NCBI GenBank assembly: GCA_913042205.1
Contig: CAJWIY010000004.1
Span: 3,911 to 67,910, forward strand
DNA length: 64,000 bases
Direction of reading: 5' to 3'
Source: an uncultured Gammaproteobacteria bacterium
GTDB taxonomy: Bacteria > Pseudomonadota > Gammaproteobacteria > Pseudomonadales > Litorivicinaceae
The translations under genes and the position numbers were made by a program. Shown here piece by piece: positions 54,462-62,173 of the stretch (its first letter is position 1; every line of letters starts with the position of its first letter). The notes beneath the pieces are model-generated. The model saw only the letters and a program-made list of their open reading frames with translations, had not been told where the DNA came from and ran no database searches.

Positions 54462-54952
54462 TGAGTCCGTCCCTTCTGATCCTTGTCGCCTTACTTTTCA
54501 TACTTGGATACAAAGCGAAAGAACGCAATGATGGTTCGATCACGAAAGCCTATGAGCGTTTCAAACAACAAATCGCTCAGTTTCTACCCCGTATGATTCT
54601 CGTGGTTATCGGTACCGGCTTCCTATTGCAGATTATCCCAGCAGATCTAATCTCAACACATTTAGGGAAAGACGCCGGCTGGCTACCAGTCCTTTATGGC
54701 GGTTTCGCAGGTATGTTGGTCCCGGCCGGGCCCGCGGTTGCGTTCACCACAGCCGCAACATTAGCCGGCTCTGGCGCGGCACCAGCGGCTATGGTGGCCT
54801 TCATAACCGCGTGGTGCATCTTCGCAATCCACAGAATTTTAATTTATGAAACGCATTTGGCGGGACCTCGTTTCTTATTAATCAGATGTGTAGTCGCTGC
54901 CCCAATACCCTTTATCGCCGGATCCCTTACACATTTGATGACTAACGTTTAG
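54458..54952 (+). CDS. Half-size predicted permease subunit (partner)
   Basis: 164 aa with about 4-5 helices. The analogous loop GMLVPAGPAVAF suggests a paralogous half. Confidence 0.55.
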   Translation: MMSPSLLILVALLFILGYKAKERNDGSITKAYERFKQQIAQFLPRMILVVIGTGFLLQIIPADLISTHLGKDAGWLPVLYGGFAGMLVPAGPAVAFTTAATLAGSGAAPAAMVAFITAWCIFAIHRILIYETHLAGPRFLLIRCVVAAPIPFIAGSLTHLMTNV

Positions 54953-54962
54953 GAGTAACCAT

Positions 54963-55589
54963 ATGGAATTAAAAGCACACCTTTCTGTACCTGAAGCACC
55001 TCATGGCTGTCTGGTCATTGTTCATGAAAATCGTGGTCTCGATGACCACATTCGCGATGTAGCGAATCGATTTGCCAGTGAGGGTTTTGCAGTAGCTGCG
55101 CCCGACTACCTTTCGCCCATCGGTGGCTCGGTGAGTGACGTGGATACCAATATCGCGGAAATAAAAAATATTTCCCGTGACCAGGTCACTGAGATCAGTA
55201 GATATTGGCTCAGTAGCTTGTCATTAATAACGGACATCTCAGTCAGATCCATACTCGGTTTTTGCTGGGGCGGTGGCGTGGTGAACCATTGCGCGACCCA
55301 ACTTGAAGAACTAGAAAAAGCCGTGATGTTTTACGGGACAGCACCAGACCCCTCACAAATTTCCGGTATCCGAGCATCCCTTCAACTTCACTATGCAGAA
55401 AATGATGACCGAATTAACGCTGGACGTGATGACTATCTCAATTTGCTTAGTCGAAGCGGTATCGCGCACGAAGTGCACATTTACGAAGGTGCAGAACATG
55501 CATTTTTTAATAACACGCGGGATGACCGATACCATCAAAAGTCAGCAGAATTAGCCTTCGAACGAGCGCTAGGCTTCCTAAAAAATTAG
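54963..55589 (+). CDS. Dienelactone hydrolase family protein
   Basis: 208 aa. LVIVHENRGLDDHIRDVANRFASEGFAVAAPDY, nucleophile context GFCWGG, and C-terminal GAEHAF. SD AGGAG. Confidence 0.8.
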   Translation: MELKAHLSVPEAPHGCLVIVHENRGLDDHIRDVANRFASEGFAVAAPDYLSPIGGSVSDVDTNIAEIKNISRDQVTEISRYWLSSLSLITDISVRSILGFCWGGGVVNHCATQLEELEKAVMFYGTAPDPSQISGIRASLQLHYAENDDRINAGRDDYLNLLSRSGIAHEVHIYEGAEHAFFNNTRDDRYHQKSAELAFERALGFLKN

Positions 55590-55592
55590 CGG

Positions 55593-56105
55593 CTAAGAAA
55601 AAAACCGCAGCGCAGTCAGGACCTCTTTCAGATCGCGACCGTCACTTACCCACACCACCTGAGATGATATACGTCTCAGGTCGCCTATCAGCTCGCTCGC
55701 CATGTGTTGCCCTGTCTCGGCGTCATCACGAGAACATATGAGGGTCGTTATGAAGCGATCTTGCATCCAACGATCGACACGGGAGATGATCGAAGCAAAC
55801 TGCTTATCGTCAATTTTGCTGTCAGGGCAGACGAATGTCAGAAAGTCTGGCGGCTGGATCGTGAATAAAAGATCGATCTCGCCGAAGCCTTCGTGAGAGG
55901 TGTATAAAAGAGTTTGAGTGGTTGAATTGGCGCGGGAACACTGAATAGTGTGGCTAAATAAATCCACCAACAGGGGATGAACAATGAACGCAAATGACCT
56001 GGCAGAACTGTTAGGTTTTTGTATCCGAAAGGCGGTGGCCTGCGCCGAATGTCGCTCGGCACAAAACCCACCCGTACCGCTAGCCTGAGATCCTCCGCCA
56101 GTCAT
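55593..56105 (-). CDS. Hypothetical protein, stop/start-coupled to the Rieske oxygenase
   Basis: 170-codon ORF. Its ATG overlaps the oxygenase TGA (ATGA). No family recognised. The N-terminal 45 aa or so are low-complexity, and the true start could be internal. Confidence 0.4.
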   Translation of the reverse strand: MTGGGSQASGTGGFCAERHSAQATAFRIQKPNSSARSFAFIVHPLLVDLFSHTIQCSRANSTTQTLLYTSHEGFGEIDLLFTIQPPDFLTFVCPDSKIDDKQFASIISRVDRWMQDRFITTLICSRDDAETGQHMASELIGDLRRISSQVVWVSDGRDLKEVLTALRFFS

Positions 56106-57388
56106 ACGGAGGTCTGCTTAACACCCTCGCGTACTTTGAAGTCCTCTTTCGCTGCCTCGAGGAAATCCTCGCTACGCGGGATCAATTTGGACACTGAACG
56201 CACACGTTGCTCCTCAACGGCTACGCCGGGTGGTGTCTGTCCCTTATCCCGAAGCGCCACCACAGCCCGTTTAAGTACTTTGCGAGCCATGATGATTCCG
56301 TTGTCGGTAGAAACAAGGTTCTCCTTGGTTCGATCAACGATTGGCCCCATCGATTCCTGAACCGAAGCATCTTGCATAGCGAACCCCTCGATTCCACTAT
56401 ACGACTCACCACGCTTTTGGGCTTCACGGTCCATCAAATAATCATTGTCCTTATTCTGCAAGGGTCGAAACGTCCCAGGCACATAGGGCACGTGAATTCC
56501 CTCACCGCGCTCCATCGCATCCCGTTCGTCCTTGGTCAAAGCCCTGACCGGATGATAATCATAGGACCACGCCATACAATTATGATCGTCAATCGGAATC
56601 CAGAAGTGCCCATGGATCGGGTGGTCACCCCGCGGAGGAATAGAGGTGAAACATGGAGCAACAAAGGGGGTCACTCGCCAATAGTACTGGTCGTTTTCAG
56701 CGTTGCGTCTTGCACCGATCAGAAGCCCGCCATCGATTTGCTTAACCTCGAACGCGGGCTTGGAGTCTTTGAGGTTATATTTATTACCTTCGGCACCCTT
56801 GAACAGTGGATCCGTGTTCATCGTAAAGCGGTGTAGAAAGGAAACATGCGACGAATCGATACCACCCTCCATCGCCTGTAACCAGTTGCATTCCTGGATA
56901 CGTTTTGAACTAAATGTTTGTTCCAACGGAACGCTGGCGAACTCGTACTCTGGCTCAGGCGGCATATTCTCCTGAGGTCCCATATATACCCAAATAACCC
57001 CACCCTTTTCGATCATAGGATACGCAGTCAGCTTAATGCGGTTGCATAACCCACTTTCTTGTGGTTCAGAGGGAATCTCCACGCAGTCCCCATGCACATT
57101 ATATTTCCATCCGTGATATGGACACCGTAAGCCACCCTCTTCATTACGCCCGAACCACAAACTAATGCCCCGATGCGCACAAAATTCATCGATCAGACCG
57201 AGTTGGCCGTCACTGTCGCGAAACGCGATTAATCGCTCGGCGAGGACCTGAACCCGGACAGGAGGACAATCATTCTCAGGCAGCTCGCTCGAGAGTAAAA
57301 CAGGTAACCAGTAGCGACGAAACATTTCGCCCATAGGTGTGCCTGGGCCCGTTTGAGTCAGCAGGTCATTATCTTCGCGTGAAAGCAT
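56102..57388 (-). CDS. Rieske non-heme iron oxygenase, phthalate-family (second copy)
   Basis: 428 aa. CAHRGISL...CPYHGWKY and GIDSSHVSFLH. N-terminus (EDNDLLTQTGPGTPMG) parallels the first oxygenase. SD GGGAG. Confidence 0.85.
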   Translation of the reverse strand: MLSREDNDLLTQTGPGTPMGEMFRRYWLPVLLSSELPENDCPPVRVQVLAERLIAFRDSDGQLGLIDEFCAHRGISLWFGRNEEGGLRCPYHGWKYNVHGDCVEIPSEPQESGLCNRIKLTAYPMIEKGGVIWVYMGPQENMPPEPEYEFASVPLEQTFSSKRIQECNWLQAMEGGIDSSHVSFLHRFTMNTDPLFKGAEGNKYNLKDSKPAFEVKQIDGGLLIGARRNAENDQYYWRVTPFVAPCFTSIPPRGDHPIHGHFWIPIDDHNCMAWSYDYHPVRALTKDERDAMERGEGIHVPYVPGTFRPLQNKDNDYLMDREAQKRGESYSGIEGFAMQDASVQESMGPIVDRTKENLVSTDNGIIMARKVLKRAVVALRDKGQTPPGVAVEEQRVRSVSKLIPRSEDFLEAAKEDFKVREGVKQTSV

Positions 57389-57469
57389 AGTTTTTCTTAC
57401 TCCCTTACAGCCAAAAACGATTTAGATTTAATCGTCTAGCACAGCCTGACGATGGTACGATATCAATAC

Positions 57470-57481
57470 TTAGAAATCTAA
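57470..57481. promoter_or_regulatory. Palindromic operator-like site TTAGAAATCTAA
   Basis: Identical to 43797-43808. Lies 18 nt upstream of the Rieske ferredoxin ATG, in the divergent region shared with oxygenase 2. Confidence 0.5.
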
Positions 57482-57499
57482 AGGTAATTCAATTTCATT

Positions 57500-57808
57500 A
57501 TGGCTCTAATAGAATTGTGTTCCGAATCCGATCTAGATCATAACGAGGCCAGACTCTTTTCAGTAAATGGACTAGATATTGCCCTTTTCAAGGTCGAGGA
57601 TAATTTCTACGCGCTGGATGATCTTTGTAGCCACGGTCCAGGCTCATTAAGTGAAGGTTATCTAGACGGGTTTAACATTGAGTGTGATTTCCACAACGGG
57701 ATGTTTGATATTCGTACAGGCGAGGTTACGGCACCGCCATGCATGGATCCCGTTAAATCTTACGTTGTCTGCAAGCAGGACGGCAAGGTCTTTATCGAGA
57801 TAGATTAA
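57500..57808 (+). CDS. Rieske-type [2Fe-2S] ferredoxin
   Basis: 102 aa with CSHGPGSL ... CDFHNGMFD (CxH / CxxH). Confidence 0.85.
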   Translation: MALIELCSESDLDHNEARLFSVNGLDIALFKVEDNFYALDDLCSHGPGSLSEGYLDGFNIECDFHNGMFDIRTGEVTAPPCMDPVKSYVVCKQDGKVFIEID

Positions 57809-57826
57809 ACATAGCAAGGAGGCGAT

Positions 57827-58840
57827 ATGCGCAAGGTTGATATGTTCAATCACATCTGGCCGACCGAGTTCTTTGACGCGTTAGTCGGACATATCGGCCA
57901 GATGACCGATATCACTTTGCGAAGTGGTGCTGTTCCCATGATCACGAATCTTGACCGAAGATTCGAGGTTATGGACATGTTTGGAGACGATTATCAACAA
58001 GTGTTGACACTGGCGTCACCACCCCTAGAGAAGATCGCCGACCCTGGAAAAGCTCTTGAACTCAGCCAGATCGGATCAAATTCGATGGCTTCTCTCTGCG
58101 CCAAGTATCCAGAGCGTTTCCCCGCGTTCGTTGGAACCGCACCGATGAATCATCCGACTGGAATGGCTACCGAGTCACGGCGGACGATTGAAGAACTCGG
58201 AGCGGCAGGGATGCAGATTTATACCAATATCAAAGGCCAACCGCTAGACCACCCAGACTTTCAGGCCTTCTTCGAGTACATGAACGAGAGTGGAAAGCCT
58301 ATCTGGATGCATCCCGCCCGTGGTCAAGGGTTCCCAGATTATCAATCCGAAGATCGCTCAGAATACGAAATTTGGTGGACCTTTGGCTGGCCCTACGAAA
58401 CCTCAGCAGCCATGGCGCGATTAGTTTTCTCGGGCGTACTAGACCGATACCCGAACCTGAATATTATCACCCACCATACCGGTGGTATGGTTCCATTCTT
58501 CGAGGGTCGAGTGGGCCCCGGTTGGGACCAGATGGGTAAGCGAACCAGTGACAGAGATCTTGGCGCAGCAAAAGACGCGTTGAAAAAACCACATCTGCAA
58601 TATTTTAGAGAGTTCTATGCGGACACAGCGAGTTTTGGATCAAGGAAAGCTATTGAACACGCCATTGAATTTTTTGGTACAGACCGTGTGGTATTCGCAT
58701 CGGATGCACCGTTCGATCCCGAAGGTGGGCCCATGTATATCCGAGAGACAATCAATGCCATTGATGAAATAGAACTCGATACGAAAATAAAAGAAAAAGT
58801 GTTCTATAAGAACGCATGCAAACTGATGGGAATTGATTGA
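57827..58840 (+). CDS. Amidohydrolase_2 (ACMSD / LigW-type non-oxidative decarboxylase family)
   Basis: 337 aa. The N-terminus VDMFNHIWP aligns with ACMSD IDIHSHILP. WMHPARG, ITHHTGG and VFASDAPF. Confidence 0.8.
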   Translation: MRKVDMFNHIWPTEFFDALVGHIGQMTDITLRSGAVPMITNLDRRFEVMDMFGDDYQQVLTLASPPLEKIADPGKALELSQIGSNSMASLCAKYPERFPAFVGTAPMNHPTGMATESRRTIEELGAAGMQIYTNIKGQPLDHPDFQAFFEYMNESGKPIWMHPARGQGFPDYQSEDRSEYEIWWTFGWPYETSAAMARLVFSGVLDRYPNLNIITHHTGGMVPFFEGRVGPGWDQMGKRTSDRDLGAAKDALKKPHLQYFREFYADTASFGSRKAIEHAIEFFGTDRVVFASDAPFDPEGGPMYIRETINAIDEIELDTKIKEKVFYKNACKLMGID

Positions 58841-58867
58841 CTAACTTGAGATGCTAGGGGACCTGTT

Positions 58868-60499
58868 TTGGACGCGAGTGTAATAATCGTAGGCGCGGGG
58901 CCCGTCGGTCTCTCACTTGCCATTAATCTTGGTAGAGCAGGTATTAAAACTATTCTTCTTGAGCAGAATCCTGAACCGCAATTCTTACCCAAGATGGAGC
59001 GTTGTAACGCCCGTTCAATGGAATTGTTTCGGCGTATCGGATTATCCAAAAAGATCCGTGATGCTGGGCTACGGGCTGACTGTTCGATGGATGTTTTCAT
59101 CGTTGAGGATCTCACCAAACCGCCGCTTCTTGAGGAGAAACATCCATCAATAGAGGAATTCCAAAAAAAAATTCGCGACTGTAATGATCTAGCAATGGCG
59201 CTTGAGCCGTATCAACTGATCTCTCAATACACTCTAGAACCTCTATTGAAAACAGAAGCCGAATCACTCAAATCCGTGGACGTTCGGTTTGCGCACAAGT
59301 TTATCGAGTTCGAACAAAAAGATACCTCAGTTACTGTCCGCTGCATGGGTTCAAACGGCGACTTACTTTCTTTTTCTGCAGACTATCTGGTCGGTTGCGA
59401 CGGAGGCTCAAGCCCGATACGCAAACAACTTGGGATAAAGCTCCGCGGCGAAGGAAGGATCCTCGAACTCCAGCAAGCGCTCTTCTATTGCGAGGAATTA
59501 TTCGACCGTCTACCTCAAGGAGACGGCCCCGGGAAGGGCCGACATTACCACCGGGCAGACACCGAGCATACTTTTTTAATTATGCAGGACTCAACCAAGC
59601 ATTGGAGTCTGCACGCGACCGTTCCAGACAGCGAAGCCATGAAGCATAAATTTGAAGAGATCGTAGGATTCCCGGTCAACTATGAACTAATTTCTTGTGC
59701 GCCCTGGCGTCAAAACCTATTACTTGCAGATCGTTACAGGGACGGGCGTGTTTTCCTCGCAGGCGACTCAGTTCATCTGGTGATCCCCACGGGTGGGTTG
59801 GGCATGAATACGGGCGTCGGCGATGCATTTGATTTGGCGTGGAAGTTAATAGGAACTCTCAAAGGCTGGGGTGGTCCTGAGCTCTTAGATTCGTATGAGA
59901 TTGAGAGACGGCAGGTTGGGGAAAGAAACGTGGGTGCCTCACGGTATGCCAATATCGGCCGCCAACAATGGCGATCAATCGCCACGCAGGATATTTTCAG
60001 TGGCACACCCCATGGGGAAGCCTCAAAACAAGCACTTGTTCAGGTCGCCGACTCAGAGCAACGCAAAGGGAACCGTATGATCGGTGCGGAACTCGGATAC
60101 AGGTATGTCGACTCGCCCTGTATCGATAACATACCCGGGGGACCCGAGCACAGGGTGGGCGAATATCATCCGAACGTTTGGCCAGGCTCGCGTCTTCCGC
60201 ATTGCTGGTTAGATGACGGTACCGCGATTCAAGATCATCTACCGGAAACATATATTTTGTTAAGTCTCGGACCTAAACCACCAGACACGACAAGGATACG
60301 CAAGAGCTTCGAAGCGACAGGCGCGCCCGTAACAGAGGTGAGGGTTGAATCGGACAGAGTTCGGGACCTGTACGGGTTTGATTTTCTTGTTCTACGACCC
60401 GACATGCACGTTGTTTGGCGAGGGACTCAGGTACCACGAAATGCTGCAGAAATAGTATCAATCGCAACAGGACATGGCCGACCTGATTCAACTAAATAA
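58868..60499 (+). CDS. FAD-dependent aromatic monooxygenase (PheA/TfdB/MhpA-like)
   Basis: 543 aa with TTG start. IIVGAGPVGLSLAINL, GCDGGSSPIRKQLG and FLAGDSVHLVIPTGGLGMNTGVGDAFDLAWKL. Confidence 0.85.
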   Translation: MDASVIIVGAGPVGLSLAINLGRAGIKTILLEQNPEPQFLPKMERCNARSMELFRRIGLSKKIRDAGLRADCSMDVFIVEDLTKPPLLEEKHPSIEEFQKKIRDCNDLAMALEPYQLISQYTLEPLLKTEAESLKSVDVRFAHKFIEFEQKDTSVTVRCMGSNGDLLSFSADYLVGCDGGSSPIRKQLGIKLRGEGRILELQQALFYCEELFDRLPQGDGPGKGRHYHRADTEHTFLIMQDSTKHWSLHATVPDSEAMKHKFEEIVGFPVNYELISCAPWRQNLLLADRYRDGRVFLAGDSVHLVIPTGGLGMNTGVGDAFDLAWKLIGTLKGWGGPELLDSYEIERRQVGERNVGASRYANIGRQQWRSIATQDIFSGTPHGEASKQALVQVADSEQRKGNRMIGAELGYRYVDSPCIDNIPGGPEHRVGEYHPNVWPGSRLPHCWLDDGTAIQDHLPETYILLSLGPKPPDTTRIRKSFEATGAPVTEVRVESDRVRDLYGFDFLVLRPDMHVVWRGTQVPRNAAEIVSIATGHGRPDSTK

Positions 60500-60515
60500 A
60501 AAAAGGGACCAGACA

Positions 60516-61274
60516 ATGAGTGAGTTTTCAAATTATCTCGAAGCCAAGCTGGACGAGCTCGTGACGGCAAACAGAATCCTTGGTCGCGAAAACGTGTGCG
60601 ATGCCTTTGGACACGTCAGTATCAGGCATCCAGATCGTGATGATCGGTACTTTCTATCGAGGTCTCGTGCACCTGAGCGGATTGAGGTAGACGACCTCAT
60701 GGAATTCACGCTTGACGGAGATCCGATAGACCAAAAAGGAAGATCTCCCTACGCGGAACGGTTCATCCATGGTGCGATTTACGCGAAACGGCCTGATGTC
60801 CATTCAGTGGTTCATAACCACAGTATGAACGTCATCCCTTTTGGGGTAACTAAGACCCCCATCAAACCCATACTTCATATGTGTGCATCCATGGGATGTG
60901 ATGTACCTATATGGGACTCACGCGACAAATTTGGGGATACCAATCTGTTGGTCCGCTCGATGGATATGGGTTATGACTTGGCTGATTCTCTCGGTAATAA
61001 AAGGGCCGCGTTGATGCGTGGTCATGGATGTGTGGTGGTCGCCGAGTCACTCAGATTAGCTGTGTTCGCTTCGGTGTATTTAGAGATGAACGCCGAGATT
61101 CAATTGAAATCACATATGCTCGCCGGTGAGAATGTTACCTTCCTTAGTGAGGGCGAGGTAGAACAAATCATCGGGACTCGTACCTCGTTCACGATTGAGC
61201 GGGCCTGGGAAAGATGGGCTCGACGCGCGGACCGACCCTACGACCCTGAACCGAATCAAATGAGCTATAACTAG
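60516..61274 (+). CDS. Class II aldolase / adducin N-terminal domain family protein (second copy)
   Basis: Start at ATG 60516 (MSEFSNYLEAKL). GHVSIRHP, and His cluster HGAIY...VHSVVHNHS. Confidence 0.8.
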   Translation: MSEFSNYLEAKLDELVTANRILGRENVCDAFGHVSIRHPDRDDRYFLSRSRAPERIEVDDLMEFTLDGDPIDQKGRSPYAERFIHGAIYAKRPDVHSVVHNHSMNVIPFGVTKTPIKPILHMCASMGCDVPIWDSRDKFGDTNLLVRSMDMGYDLADSLGNKRAALMRGHGCVVVAESLRLAVFASVYLEMNAEIQLKSHMLAGENVTFLSEGEVEQIIGTRTSFTIERAWERWARRADRPYDPEPNQMSYN

Positions 61275-62167
61275 GCGGGTGAATGGGCCACCCGCTGCAA
61301 GCGGGTACTATCACTACACAGCACGGTCGTGCGGTTAATCCGTCTGATATCGGGATAACTGTAACCGCCCATGGCGCAGTGCAAGACACTTCTGTTGTCC
61401 CACATCACAACGTCTCCCTCGGCCCAGACATATTCTAGCTTGGCTCTCGTCCTCTCAAGATACGCGAAAAGTTCATCAAGAATTGACTGCCCCTCGTCCT
61501 CGGGAATATCAGCGATACCAATCGTAAACCTGGGGCTCGCGAAAAGAATCGTTTCCTTACTTTCAGGATGCTCATAGATGAGGGGATGTTTCACGGGAGG
61601 ATGTTTTTCCAACTGCTGGGCATAAAACTCGCGGGCATTGACTCTATTTTCTGAGATTGTTACACGTCGATTTATCAGTTTACTGACGCAATGTACTCCC
61701 TCCAAACTCTGAACGGTTTTTTTCAGATCGTCCGAAAGCTCTTGATACACCACAGCCATATTTACAAAACCGGTATTTCCCCCACTATCTGGCGTTTTCA
61801 GACAGTGAAGAATGGATCCGAGGGGAGGATCAATCTGCCAGGAAAGATCAGAGTGCCATTCCACGCCGGCGTCAACGACACCGATCGGTTTTCCATCCTT
61901 CAAATCGTTTGACAACACCAAAATTTCGGGAAATCCATCCAATAAATACTGATTGTTACTATGAACATCGCAAGCACCAAAGCGCTTAGAAAATAAAATA
62001 TGCTGTTCGGGGGACAACGTTTGGCCGGAAAAAGCAATAACTTTATTCATAACAAGGGCGGTATAGATAAAATCAAAATCCTCAACGCTCAATATCTCAG
62101 AAAGATCGATCCCGTCGATCCTTACACCGATTGCATCTGATAACGGTTCAACTGACGGCTTCATCAA
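61271..62167 (-). CDS. TauD/TfdA family Fe(II)/2-oxoglutarate dioxygenase (third copy)
   Basis: 298 aa. EWHSDLSW (HxD), GGNTGF, and distal His in SVLHCAMG. Its stop overlaps the convergent aldolase-like stop in CTAG. Confidence 0.8.
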   Translation of the reverse strand: MMKPSVEPLSDAIGVRIDGIDLSEILSVEDFDFIYTALVMNKVIAFSGQTLSPEQHILFSKRFGACDVHSNNQYLLDGFPEILVLSNDLKDGKPIGVVDAGVEWHSDLSWQIDPPLGSILHCLKTPDSGGNTGFVNMAVVYQELSDDLKKTVQSLEGVHCVSKLINRRVTISENRVNAREFYAQQLEKHPPVKHPLIYEHPESKETILFASPRFTIGIADIPEDEGQSILDELFAYLERTRAKLEYVWAEGDVVMWDNRSVLHCAMGGYSYPDIRRINRTTVLCSDSTRLQRVAHSPA

Positions 62168-62173
62168 GTCCCC

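Noticed and set aside
56207-56836. 209-aa plus-strand ORF
   Set aside because: It is antisense to the second Rieske oxygenase gene, with no motifs, so it is a shadow ORF. The same reasoning applies to 33352-33822, 28200-28604, 16858-17280, 7172-7537 and the other short alternative-frame ORFs in the track.
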